Assembly (NCBI GenBank): GCA_963814975.1
Contig: CAWFFB010000021.1
Coordinates: forward strand, 51,891 to 115,890
Source: an uncultured Acidobacteriota bacterium
GTDB lineage: Bacteria; Acidobacteriota; Vicinamibacteria; Vicinamibacterales; CAVVIG01
Reading direction: 5' to 3'
DNA length: 64,000 nt
Below, one piece after another: positions 28,295 through 42,018 of the stretch. The stretch's first letter is position 1. Each line of letters starts with the position of its first letter. Below the pieces are notes generated by a model, which was not told the origin of the DNA, made no database searches, and was given only the letters and a program-made list of their open reading frames with translations. The position numbers and the translations under genes were made by a program.

Positions 28295-30316
28295 ATGGAC
28301 CGTGCCACCAAGCTCATCGTCGTCGGCTGGGCATGCACGGCTCTCGCCGCCGAAATCTGGCTGCTGGGCGGCTGGCGGCTCCCTCTCTTCGCCCTGAGCG
28401 CCTTCACGCTTGCGGCGGTCCTCACGGCGTTCGACCGGCGCGCAATTGCCTTCGTGCTGGCGTTGACGTACCTGTGTCCGGCTCTCATCTACCTCTACAC
28501 CGGAAGACGTTTCGTGTTGTACGACGCCGTCTGGATGGCCGCTCTGCTCGGCGCGCTGGCGCCGGCGAGTGTCCGCACCGGATGGCATATTCCCGGGCCG
28601 TGGCGCGGCGCGCTCGTCTGCTGGGCGCTCGTCGTCGGCGTCGGCGCGTCGATCGTCGTTGTGCGCGAGGTCGATTTCACGCCTGCGCTGATCCACGTCT
28701 CGACGATCGCGAATACCGCGCGCGGTGGATGGCCAGCGTTCATCGTGAGGTTCGTGCTGCACTCGTCGCTCGTGCTGGTGCTCGGGATCCTGTGGTTCGA
28801 CTGGTTGTTCGGGATGCCTCGCATCGATTTTCACGAGCTTGTCGCGGGCCCGCTGGCTGCGAGCGCTTTGGGGATGGCCGTTGTGGCCATCTACCAGTTG
28901 TTCGTGAACGTCAGGTTCATGAATCCGACCGTGTATGCCGGCCTGGGTCGTGCGTCGGGGACCCTGTTCGATGCCAACGTGTGTGGCACCGTGGCCGCCC
29001 TGTGGATTGGCGGCGCCGTGCTCTGGGCGAACCAGCTCGGTCGCTGGCGCCCGCACGTGGCTGTTGCCGGCATGACGATTGGCTGGCTGACCGTATGGGC
29101 GTCCGGTTCGCGGACGGCCTTTGCCGCAGCGGTGCTCGTGACCGCGTTCAGCCTTGTCACGCTGTACACCGAACGCCGCCGCCAGTCCGGCGGACGGGCG
29201 CTCCCGCTGGTCGCGATTACAGCCGCCGGGCTGCTTGGGTTGGTGGCGTTTCTGGCCACCGCCGACCTTGGCGTCGTCGGCCCCGCCCGCCGCTTGTGGG
29301 CGACCCTTCCGGAACCGTCAGTTGAGTCGGTCCGTACCGCCGCCCTGGAGATGTGGAATCGGAACGACTATGGGTCGGCATCGACCGCGATGATTCGCGA
29401 GTTTCCGTGGTTTGGAGTCGGTGTCGGGTCGTTCCAGAACCTTCTCCCGGAGTTCGCTGCCCCGATGGAAGGGCGGCGGCTGCCCCCCGACAACGCGCAG
29501 AACTGGTACCGGCATCAGTTCGCCGAATTCGGCCTGTTCGGCAGCCTGGCCTGGATCGCATGGGTCGTCCTGTTTGCCGTGTTCGTGATGAAGGGCCGCA
29601 AAGACGCGCCGCCGGCCGCGTGGACCGCCCGCGGCGTCCTGGTGGCGCTTGCCTTGATCTCGCTCCTGGGCATGCCTGGCCAGGAGACCTCCGTGGCGAT
29701 CACGTTCTGGACAATGGCGTTCTGGTACGTCTGGCTGGTCGGCGCACCGCCGCCGGCGCCGATCAGGCTCCCGGCGTGGGCGGCCATCGCCGTGGCTCTG
29801 GCGGTTTATGCCGCTGGCACAGTGTGGGCCGCAGGAAACGAGCTGCGCGTCCCGGTCCGGGCGACGCGGGGCGGCTGGGCGTATTCGTATGGTTTCTACC
29901 CGCCGGAACGAGGTGAAGGCGGCGGCGAGTACCGGTGGACAGAACAGCGAGCCGTCGCCGTGATCGACGCTCCGCAACGTTGGCTGGCACTGACCGTCTC
30001 GGTGAACCCGTTCAAGATTGCCGGTGGTTCGTCAGCTTCGGGGATCAGCAACCAACCGATCCGGCCTGTTGATGTCAAGGTGTGGCGCGACCGGCAGCTG
30101 GTGGTCGCGGAGCATCTCACGAGCACCGCGCCGGTGACGCAGTACATCTCTGTTCCCGGCGGCCGCCAGCGGGTCATGCTCGAAACGTGGGTCAGTCGGG
30201 TCATCAGGCCGAGGGATATCGGAATCGCCGACGATCGCGAGCGGGGGCTTCTCGTGAAATGGGAATTTCTGGCCGCCCTTCCAGCAGGCGCGGCGCCGCA
30301 CGCCGGACGCCGCTAG
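28295..30316 (+). CDS. O-antigen ligase/Wzy_C-family membrane protein with a C-terminal periplasmic domain
   Basis: RASGTLFDAN, SGSRTAF, PWFGVGVGSF, DNAQNWYRHQFAEFGLFG; about 12 TM segments. Confidence 0.85.
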   Translation: MDRATKLIVVGWACTALAAEIWLLGGWRLPLFALSAFTLAAVLTAFDRRAIAFVLALTYLCPALIYLYTGRRFVLYDAVWMAALLGALAPASVRTGWHIPGPWRGALVCWALVVGVGASIVVVREVDFTPALIHVSTIANTARGGWPAFIVRFVLHSSLVLVLGILWFDWLFGMPRIDFHELVAGPLAASALGMAVVAIYQLFVNVRFMNPTVYAGLGRASGTLFDANVCGTVAALWIGGAVLWANQLGRWRPHVAVAGMTIGWLTVWASGSRTAFAAAVLVTAFSLVTLYTERRRQSGGRALPLVAITAAGLLGLVAFLATADLGVVGPARRLWATLPEPSVESVRTAALEMWNRNDYGSASTAMIREFPWFGVGVGSFQNLLPEFAAPMEGRRLPPDNAQNWYRHQFAEFGLFGSLAWIAWVVLFAVFVMKGRKDAPPAAWTARGVLVALALISLLGMPGQETSVAITFWTMAFWYVWLVGAPPPAPIRLPAWAAIAVALAVYAAGTVWAAGNELRVPVRATRGGWAYSYGFYPPERGEGGGEYRWTEQRAVAVIDAPQRWLALTVSVNPFKIAGGSSASGISNQPIRPVDVKVWRDRQLVVAEHLTSTAPVTQYISVPGGRQRVMLETWVSRVIRPRDIGIADDRERGLLVKWEFLAALPAGAAPHAGRR

Positions 30317-30903
30317 AGCACGTGTTGGGCGTCTCTCGTAACCGCGAAGCTCCTACCAATCAATCGGGTTTTCGCGATACTGAACGAATCGCGGGAGCTT
30401 CCGGTCCCGGTCGGAGACCGTTGGATTGTCCACGGGCCAAACGATCCCCAGGTCCGGATCGGACCACAGAATCCCACCTTCCGTGGAGCGATCGTATGGA
30501 CTATCGACCTTATACAGGACATCGGCAGGTTCATGGCCCGTCACACAGAAGCCGTGCGCGAATCCGGGGGAATCCAGAGAAGGCAGCCGTCTTCACCGTT
30601 GAGTGGGGTCGCGAGATGGGACCCGTAGGTCGGCGACCCTGGCCGGATGTCCACGACGACATCCAGTATTGAGCCGCGAATCACGCCGACGAGCTTTCCT
30701 TGGGGCGGACCGAACTGGTAGTGGAGACCGCGCAGCGATCCCGGGGCCGAGCGGGAGTGATTGTCCTGGCAGAAATAGCTGGGCAGGCCGTCGTGACGGA
30801 AGCGATGCTCGTTGAAGCGCTCCACGAAGAACCCGCGGCCGTCGCCATGAAGGTCGAGCTCAATCAACGCGACGCCCGGAAGAGACAGCTGGGAGATCTT
30901 CAT
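30313..30903 (-). CDS. rfbC: dTDP-4-dehydrorhamnose 3,5-epimerase (frameshift near 30560)
   Basis: HGDGRGFFVE, QDNHSRS..GSLRGLHYQ, QGKLV, DVVVDIRPGSPTYG, LYKVDSPY, GILWSDPDLGIVWP. Confidence 0.92.
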
Positions 30904-30963
30904 TTCTGATACGCCATCCACTCCTCCATGCATTCCTCGAGTCCCCGCCGCCGCGAGCGACTT

Positions 30964-31875
30964 TCATGTGTCGGCTCCGGGCTTCCGAAACGCATGGCGA
31001 GTCTTTCCGCCCAGCTGCAGCGACGTGAGCTTCAGGAACAATCGCGCCTGCAGCCCAAGAAACACCAACGGTGCAGCGGCGTGGGCGACACGTCCGCCGT
31101 GCTTGCAAAAGTACCGATACGCGCTGCGATGAAACGCAACGATCGACTGTCTTCGCGCCAGCGAACTGCTGCTCCCGGTCAAGTGGGTGATGCCGACCAC
31201 CGGATTGTAGACCGTCGACCACCCGGCGCGCTTCAGCCTGAAGCAGAGATCGGCATCTTCCCAGTAGAGGAAGAACTGCTCGTCCATTCCGCCGACGGAT
31301 TCGAACGCGGTGCGCCGGACCATCATGCAGGCGCCCGAAACCCAATCCACCTCAACCGGATCGCGCAGGACTTCTCGCGTCAGGAGATTGCGGCGGGTCC
31401 AGCGGTTCTTCGGCCACACGCGGCTGAGCCAGCTGGTTCGGCCAGCAAACCCTGTGGTCATGTTGGGAAATCGCCTGGCTGACGCCTGCACCGATCCGTC
31501 CTGCTCACGCACGAGCGGCCCGACAATGCCCACGCGCGGGTGTTCGTCGAGCCATCTGGCAAGGGTGTGCGCGACATCTTCATCGACGATGCAGTCCGGG
31601 TTGAGAAGGAGCAGGTAATTGCCTGTCGCGGCGTGGGCTGCGCGGTTCACCCCCGCGGCAAATCCCGGGTTGGTGCTCACGTCGATCAACCGAATCGACG
31701 GGAATCTCTGGAGGAGGTGGGTCGTTGCGGCCGGCTCGCTCGCATGATCGACAACAATCACTTCGAGATCGTCGACGTCGAAGCGCTGTACCGACTCGAG
31801 GCAGAAGGCGAGGTCAGTGTACGCCCGATAGTTGACGATCAAGATTGAGACGAAAACAGGCTCTCGGGAGGGCAC
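30964..31875 (-). CDS. GT2 glycosyltransferase (WbbL-like)
   Basis: SILIVNY, NPGFAAGVN, LLLNPDC, VDWVSGACMMVRR, FFLYWEDADLC. Confidence 0.92.
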   Translation of the reverse strand: MPSREPVFVSILIVNYRAYTDLAFCLESVQRFDVDDLEVIVVDHASEPAATTHLLQRFPSIRLIDVSTNPGFAAGVNRAAHAATGNYLLLLNPDCIVDEDVAHTLARWLDEHPRVGIVGPLVREQDGSVQASARRFPNMTTGFAGRTSWLSRVWPKNRWTRRNLLTREVLRDPVEVDWVSGACMMVRRTAFESVGGMDEQFFLYWEDADLCFRLKRAGWSTVYNPVVGITHLTGSSSSLARRQSIVAFHRSAYRYFCKHGGRVAHAAAPLVFLGLQARLFLKLTSLQLGGKTRHAFRKPGADT

Positions 31876-32093
31876 GTGTTCACAGGGACGCGGCCAGGCT
31901 TGCCGTTCGGCGGACTATATACCGGGACCCGCCTTCACCGGAAGTCGCGCCTTGCGGCTCCTCGCGGGGTTGACTTTAGGTAGTGGTCTGAGTCCGTTAC
32001 GATCGGTCTCGCCTTCAAGAGCCAGCCGAACTTAATTCTCTTAATACACTCACGATTAGAGCTTTACCGTGACGCGAAAGGGTCTAGTTTGGC

Positions 32094-32109
32094 CGGCCGT
32101 CTTCTTGCT
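32094..32109 (+). promoter_or_regulatory. Putative sigma-54 -24/-12 promoter
   Basis: CGGCCGTCTTCTTGCT (GG-N10-GC), with an AT-rich tract upstream (about 32030-32065), in front of a secreted-protein ORF. Confidence 0.45.
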
Positions 32110-32171
32110 CCTAGCGTCTGACAGAACCGAAGTGCGCGGCGCTAACGAGACGATCAAGGTGAACACTACAG

Positions 32172-32540
32172 ATGAAGCTACGGAGTCTTGTTCTGACGAT
32201 ACTGTTAATAGCGCCTTCGATGGCGTCGGCTGCCCCGATTACGATCGGCACCTGGTCGGCGATGCCGCCAGCGGATGGCAATTCCCTTCCGTTCTGGGAC
32301 GGGCGGTCATGGGATCGCCCGACTTGCGGTGTGGGCTATCTCCTCAGTGGGGTTGGCCCGCTGGAGTACTTGAACGATGGCGCGGGTAATTTCACCAATT
32401 TCCAACTCGCGGGTCCTGTCAGCGGGCTGTCGAAGCGCCAGCGGGGCGGCGGCCGGACCATGTTTACCCTGAGAAGTGCTGCGTGCTCCGACCTCATGGA
32501 CTCTGGAGGGAGGCGTTCCGTCGCGGCGTCCGCTCATTGA
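32172..32540 (+). pseudogene. Secreted protein N-terminus (PEP-CTERM-like style), apparently truncated
   Basis: MKLRSLVLTILLIAPSMASAAPITIGTWS...PFWDGRSWD..CGVGYLL; composition changes abruptly after about 32430 and no sorting signal follows. Confidence 0.45.
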
Positions 32541-32645
32541 AAGTGCGAGACAATCGAGACATCGTGTTGACGTCTTTCCTCGCACTACAAACGAAGCTAG
32601 TGTTTCCTCAAGCTACTCAGTGCGCGACCACCAAACGCGTGAAGC

Positions 32646-35511
<2,866 letters not shown>

Positions 35512-35515
<4 letters not shown>

Positions 35516-36108
35516 CGCACCGATTCCCATTTCGTTTCGTGCGCCTTGAGTGCCGGGTGAGAGACGAGCAGATGCCACACGATGGCCTGGAAGGCCTCGG
35601 TGTGCGGGGTCGTGTGCTCGGGGTTGACGGTGGGCACGAGCACAAAGGCGTCAGCCACGCTCGCCGTGTATCCTCCGTCGCGACCGACGACGCCCAGAAT
35701 CCGGGCGCCAACCGCCTTGGCCACGTCGAGCGCGGCCACCAGATTCGGGCTCACGTTCTTCTCGAGGTTGCCTCCACCGACCGAAAGGACCAGCAAGGCA
35801 TCACGGCTCGTCAACCGGCTTGTCTGCAGCCATGCGGCGAACACCGTCGCCCAACCTTCGTCGTTCGTCCGCGCCGTCAGCTCCGACACGTTGTCTGTCG
35901 GCGCGTACGCCTCTATTCCGACAATCTTCCGAAAGTCATTAACGGCGTGCGACGCGTTACCCGCGCTGCCCCCCACGCCAAGAATGAACAACCGCCCTCC
36001 ACGGGATCGCACCTCTGCCAGGATCCCCGCCACCTTCTCGATCGCGTCGCGGTCGAGCCCGCGCGCGATATCCTCGACCTCGCGCAGGTACTGGTCTGCA
36101 AAGATCAT
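35512..36108 (-). CDS. SIS-domain phosphosugar isomerase (GmhA/LmbN-like)
   Basis: LFILGVGGSAGNASHAVNDFRK, ELTARTNDEG, LSVGGG, SPNLVAAL, TPHTEAFQ.IVWH. Confidence 0.9.
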
Positions 36109-36857
36109 GTGTCGCCCTTTTTCTGCCCTGAAGACAGGCCCGCAAGATAGTCGCGCGTCGCCTGAAGGCCTTCGAACGATCCGATCTCGAAAAACCGCTG
36201 GTGCACTTCACATGCGGCAAGCCGGCCGCGTTCGGCCAGTGACTGGTACACGTCCGCCAGGTCGGCGGATCTGCCGTCGGGCACTTCTTCGAACGCCGAA
36301 GGGTGAAAGACTCCAAGCCCGTAGTCGATGTGGCGCATCTGCGGCGTCGGGTGCCGTTTATTGTACGTCGTGATGCGGCCGCCTTCGAATTCGACGTTGC
36401 TGCGATCGAACTGCTCGTTGTTGTGGAAGACGGTCATGAGGGCGGGTTGCTCGCTCGCGAAGAACGCCTCCTGAACCGGACGCCACGCGATGGGAAGATA
36501 GGAATCGCCGTAGAGCACGAAGAATGGCCCACCAAGGAGTGGCAGCGCTCGCTTGAGCGCGCCCGGCCGTGCCGAGAAGCGTCGGGCCGTCGAACGCCCA
36601 ATCCACGTGGAGGCCGAATCGAGATCCGTCTCCCACCGACCTCCTGAATCTGTTCGCCCAGGTACCCGGCGCAGACAACGACGCGAGACGACGCCCTGGG
36701 TGCGCAGGCCCTCGAGCTGCCTGGCGATGAACGGCTGCCCGTTGATGTCGATCAGCGCCTTCGGAATCTTCTCGGTGACCGGGCGCAGCCGGGTCGCGAG
36801 GCCGCCGGCAAGGATCGCGACCGGCAGAAGGCCGTCATGAGGCTCCGCACCTGGCAC
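36105..36857 (-). CDS. Sugar-1-phosphate nucleotidyltransferase (HddC/LmbO-like; compensating indels)
   Basis: ILAGGLATRL.P.T..IPKAL, FFVLYGDSYL, HIDYGL, FFEIGS. Confidence 0.9.
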   Translation of the reverse strand: MPGAEPHDGLLPVAILAGGLATRLRPVTEKIPKALIDINGQPFIARQLEGLRTQGVVSRRCLRRVPGRTDSGGRWETDLDSASTWIGRSTARRFSARPGALKRALPLLGGPFFVLYGDSYLPIAWRPVQEAFFASEQPALMTVFHNNEQFDRSNVEFEGGRITTYNKRHPTPQMRHIDYGLGVFHPSAFEEVPDGRSADLADVYQSLAERGRLAACEVHQRFFEIGSFEGLQATRDYLAGLSSGQKKGDT

Positions 36858-36865
36858 CCCGCCTC

Positions 36866-37852
36866 CTACGACTGCGTCACCACGGTGGTGCCTTCGAAGT
36901 CGAACCGAAAGCGGACTTCCTGAAGCCCGGCCTCACGCATGACCTTGCGCAGCCGCGCCTTGTCTTCGGCGTAGAACATCAGGAACCCGCCGCCGCCCGC
37001 GCCGATGAGCTTCCCGCCGACCGCGCCATTCTGCCGCGCGCAGATCGTACCACTCGTCGATATGCGCGTTGCTCATGTTCGAGGAGCGCTTCTTCTTGTG
37101 CTCCCAGTGCACGTTCATGAGTTCGCCAAAGCGCGTGCAGATCGCCCGCCTCGAGCGCCTCCATGCTCTGGCGGCCGATGTCCTTGATGAAGTGCAGGTT
37201 CTCGGTCATGTCCTTGTCGCTGTCACGGCTCTTCGTGTCCTGCTCGCGGAGAATGTCCGACGCGGCGCGCGAGTAGCCCGTGAAGAACAGCAGAAGGTTG
37301 TCTTCGAGGCCGAAGAGCGTGTCCTGATCGATCCGCAGCGGCCACGCCTCGACCTTGCCGTTGGCTTGGAACCGGAAGCAGGTGATGCCGCCGTAGGCGG
37401 CGATGTACTGATCCTGCTTGCCGATCGGCTCGCCCAGGCGATCGATTTCGATCTCGACACGCCTGCTCGGCGAGCTCCTCGGGGTGGATGAGGTGCTTGC
37501 GGTGCGCGTGCAGCGCTTTCAGCAGCGCCGTCGTGAAGCTGCCCGACGAACCCAGCCCCGTGCCGGCCGGAATATCGGCCATGCTCGCAATCTCGAGGTA
37601 GGGAGCCGAGACCTGCGTGAGCTTCAGCGCCTCGCGGATGATGGGGTGCTGGACCTCCTCGACCGTCCGGACCCGTTCCATCTTCGAGTACTTGACGATC
37701 AACTCGTCCACGAACGTCCGGTGCAGGGTGATGTAGACGTACTTGTCGATGGCGGCGGCGACGATGAAGCCGGTGTGCTCGCGGTAGTACGACGGCAGAT
37801 CGGTGCCGCCACCGCCGAGCGAGATGCGAAGAGGACTCCTCGTGATAATCAT
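36866..37852 (-). CDS. GHMP sugar kinase (HddA/LmbP-like; frameshifts)
   Basis: MIITRSPLRISLGGGGTDLPSYY, IDKYVY, DIPAGTGLGSSG, GKQDQYIAAYGG, GGKLIGAGGGGFL. Confidence 0.92.
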
Positions 37853-38856
37853 GCGGTCCGGGGTCACGAAGGCCGCAATGTCGACGCTCATACAGCTGTT
37901 CGACGATCCGCAGCGCGGCAACCGCATCGTCGAGGTCGCCCGAGCACGGGCGACCGTCGCGAATGCAGGCGCTCACGTGGGCGAACTCTGCGGACCAGGA
38001 CGTATCCTCTCCGGGATATTCCCAGGTCGTCGCGTCCGGCGGCCCCATCTCGGGCCGCATCTTGTAGAACGTGAGCCGCTCAACGCCGTAGCTTCCGCCG
38101 AGGCCGTCGATCTGCAGCTTGGCGTCGCGGCCGTAGATCTCGAACGAGAACAGGTTCTTCCACTCCGTGCAGCTCGCCTGCAGCCACGCGACAGACCCGC
38201 GGCCGTCCGCAGCAGCGCGAAGCCGTTGTCCTCGACCGGCCAGTTCCAGAAGTACCGCTCCACCCGGCCCTGGACCTCCACGAAGTCGCCCGCGAACCAG
38301 CGTGACAGATCAATCAGGTGCACGCCCTGGTCGAGCATCTCGCCGCCGCCGGACAGGGCCGGGTCGCCTCGCCACTCGCGCTCCATGCCCAACCGGCCTC
38401 CATGGCCGTACGGCCGCGAATGAACATGAGCGGACCGCAGACGCCGCTGTCCCAGATCTCGCGCGCCTTGAGGAACGCCGGGTGAAACCGATGATTGAAG
38501 CCGACCTTGACGACGACGCCACGTGCCTTGCGCTGCCTCGACGACGGGCTCAAGCTCGGCGGCGCGGCGTGCCGCGGGCTTTTCGACGATCACGTGTTTG
38601 CCGCGCTCGACGGCGGCGCGCCGTCAGCGCCGCCAGCGCGTCGTTGGTCGTGGCGACGACGACGAGGTCGACGTCGGATCTGGCGATGAGCGGCCTGAGC
38701 GTCGGGCACGACGCTGCAGCCTGGATGCTGCGATGCCAGGCGTTCCGCGCGGTCGATCAGCGCGTCGGCGACTGCCACGACACGCGATGACCTTCGCCGA
38801 CCGCCCGCGCGCGCTTGCTGGCCGATCAGCCCGCAGCCGATGATGCCGACGTTCAC
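37849..38856 (-). CDS. Gfo/Idh/MocA oxidoreductase (LmbZ-like; frameshifts)
   Basis: VGIIGCGLIG, VEKP, KVGFNHRFHP, YGHGGR, SGGGEMLDQGVHLIDL, VEDNGF. Confidence 0.85.
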
Positions 38857-39733
38857 TGGCGGCGACTCCAGTCCTTGCCGCGGTCCTCGGGCACGATGCG
38901 CCGGAGGGTGTAGATGTCAGAGGCAGCGAGCTCGTCGCGGCGCGCGGGAAGATCCGGCCACGGATCCCACACGGCGCTGATCAGGCGCCCCGTGATCCCG
39001 TCGCTCTCGTGGTGACGCCAGAAACGCGCACAGCGCGGCGCCGGTCTCGAGCGGCGTTCCACCCGTTTGCCTTTTGAGCGACGCGACTGTTCGTAGAAGG
39101 CCTGCGCCCACGCGGTCAGGGCCGGCCTCGAGCACCTCGTCGAGCAGGCGGGTGTTGAGCGCCCCCGGCGCGACCGCGTTCACGTCGATGCCGGCGTCCT
39201 TGACCTCTTCGGCAAGCGTTTCGCCGAAACGCACCAGCGCGGCCTTCGACGCGGCGTACGCGCTCAGGAACGGCAGCGGCTTGGTGGCGCCGCCGCCCGA
39301 GAGCAGGATGATCTTGCCGGACCGCTGGGCGCGGAAGTGCGGAAGCACCGCCCGGCAGCAGAGAACCGCTCCACAGCAGGTTCACGTTGAGGGCGCTGGA
39401 CCCACTCGTCCCAATCGACGTCCTCAATCGGGCCCTTCGGGCCGTAGACGCCGGCGTTGCACACCAGCACGTCCAGACCCCCGAACGCGGCGACCGTGCG
39501 CTCCACGACCATGCGTCACATCGTGCGGCACCGACACGTCGGCTCGCTCCCACTGGACGGCGTCGGGCGCCTGGCGCCTTTTCCTGCAGGCGCCGGCGGC
39601 TGCCTGCGAGCCGGTCACCGTCGCGCGCACACAGGAACACGCGCGCGCCTTCAGCGACGAATCGTTCCGCGACCGCGTACCCGAATCCCTGGTTGCCGCC
39701 GGTGACGATCGCCCGCACTCCCTGAAGTGTCAT
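38853..39733 (-). CDS. Short-chain dehydrogenase/reductase (frameshifts)
   Basis: IVTGGNQGFG, LVCNAGVYGP, LSGGGAT, SAYAASKAA (YxxxK), VNAVAPG, ITGRLISAVWD, YTLRRIVP. Confidence 0.88.
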
Positions 39734-41050
39734 GCTGGTGTTCCCACAACCGCATAGCGGATACGCGGCTCGTGCTGGAGCGCTGCTCGCGAGAAACCCG
39801 CCGGGATCGACGACGATCGGCCTCGCTGCCGGCCGCCGACGAATGCCTCGGCACGTCGAGCGTCCGGAACTCGGGCCATTCGGTGGCGATCACCGCGGCT
39901 GAGGCTCCGCGCAGCGCGTCGTGCGCCGTGTCCGCGAGCTCGATGGAGGCCGCCAGTTCGCGCGGCAGCGTCTTGACCGCCGGATCGTACGCGATCACAC
40001 GCGCGCCTGTCGCGACCAGGCGCAGGCACAGGTCCACGGCCGGCGACCGCCGCAAGGTGTCGGTGCCGGGCTTGTAGGTCAGTCCGAGCACCGCGATCGA
40101 GTGGCCGGCGAGCGGGCCGAGCAGACGGACGAGCGCGTCGTACGCCCACCCCCGGTGGACGTCGTTGCTGTCGCGGACGCCGCGGAACAGCGGCATCGTG
40201 CATCCGCGCGCCTCGCCTTGCTCGATGAGGTAGCTGACGTCGCGCGCCAGCGTCCCTCCCGCATAGGCGCCCCCCGGCCGCACATAGGCCGTGGGCCGAT
40301 TCGCACGTCGCTCTTGAGCGCCCGCTCGACCTCGCGCGCGTCGGCCCCGACGATTTCGCCAAGCCGCGCGATCTCGTTGATGAACGCCACCGAGGTGGCC
40401 AGGAACGCATTCAGCGCGTGCTTGGTGAGCTCGGCCGATTCGACGCGGACGACGTCGAGGGGCGGCGAAAATGGCGCCAGCAGCGCACGGACCCGATCCG
40501 CGTCGCGTTCGGACCGGACGCCCAGGATCACCCGATCCGGTTTCGTGAACGCCTCGATCGCCTTGCCCAGCCGGAGGTTCTCCGGGCTGCAGGCGAACGA
40601 CGCGCGTCCCGACGGCGTCATCGTCCGTATATGTCTGCTCGAGGCGGCTGACCGATCCGACCGGCAACTGCGAGGACACGAGCACCAGCGCGTCGTCATG
40701 CAGATAGGGAAGCAGCGCCGTCACCTGACCGATGACGAACTCGACGTCGGCGCGGTCCTCATCGTCGACCGGTGTATCCCATGTGACCCAGACGAATCTC
40801 GGCGTCGGCCACGGCGGCGCGCTCGTGCGAAAAGCGAAGCGTGCCGCGCTCGAGACCCGACGCGCACGAGATCGTCCAGGCCAGGCTCGAACAGCGGCGG
40901 GCGGCCCTCGGCGAGAGCCGGCGACGACGGCGGCATCGGGGTCGTATCCGAGCGTGGGAATGTCCGCGCGAAGCCAGGCACGCGGCGGTCACCGTGCCCA
41001 GAGTGCCAGAGTCCTGCGACGGCAACGCGGGGAAGCGGCTGGGCGGTCAT
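39730..41050 (-). CDS. UDP-glucose/GDP-mannose dehydrogenase-family protein lacking the catalytic Cys (LmbL-like; frameshifts)
   Basis: VAGLWH.G, FEPGL, SSQLPVGS, SPENLRLG, SAELTKHALNAFLA, GAYAGGTLARD, LGLTYKPGTDTLRRS. Confidence 0.85.
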
Positions 41051-42018
41051 CTATCTATTGGCGGCGGTCGAGCACCCAGGGATTCGCCTGAAGGTAGTCG
41101 AGCGTCTTCAGCACGCCCTCCCGGATCGTCAAACCTTAGGCGCCCACCCGAGGGATTTAACCTTCGTCGTGTCGAGGAGGATGAAGGGACTGTCGCCAAT
41201 CCAGCCCCGCTCGCCGCCCGTGTAGTGGCGTTCCGGGCTGACGCCAAGAGCCTCGACAGATGTAGCCGAGCGAGTCGTCCACAACCACGTACTCATCGGT
41301 GCCGAGGTTGAAGATGTTGACCGGCTCGTGTGCTTTGTCGATCACGGTCAGCATCGCGTCCACGCAGTCCTGGACGTACAGGTAGCTCTTGCGCTGCCGA
41401 CCGTTGCCGAGCACTTCAATGCGGCGCGGATCGGCCCGCAGCTTCTTGAAGAAGTCGAAGACGTGCCCGTGCGTGTAGCGTTCGCCGAGGATGGAGACGA
41501 ACCTGAAAATGTACGCCTCGAAGTCGAACCCGGAGGCGTAGGCGCTCAGCAACCCCTCGCCGGCGAGCTTGCTCGCGCCATAGAGCGACGTCTGGATGGG
41601 GAACGGGGCGACCTCAGGCGTGGGAAAGATCTCGGGCTCTCCGTAGATCGATCCCGTCGACGAAAACGCGATGCGTCGCACGCCGTTCGCCCGCATCGCC
41701 TCCAGCACGTTGAACGTGGCGATCGTGTTCTGTTCGAGGTCTTTGCGCGGATGGTTGGTGCCAAACCGCACGTCGGCGTTGGCGGCGAAGTGGAAGACGA
41801 AGTCGCAGCCTGCCATCGCGCGCGTCAGCGTCTCGGTGTCGAGCGTGTCGCCTTGCACGAAGCGGAATCGAGCGATGTGTTCGAGCCCGATCGAGGAACT
41901 CGGGCAGGCCGGTGGACAGATTGTCGAACCCGACGACATCGAGGCCCAGGTCGAGCAGTCGATCGACGACATTGCTGCCGATGAAGCCGGCGGCTCCCGT
42001 GACAAAGGCCGCGTTCAC
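41047..42018 (-). CDS. NAD-dependent epimerase (LmbM-like; frameshifts)
   Basis: VTGAAGFIGS, FHFAANADVR, FSSTGSIYG, SLYGASK, RFVSILGERYTHG, LGNGRQRKSYLYV. Confidence 0.9.
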
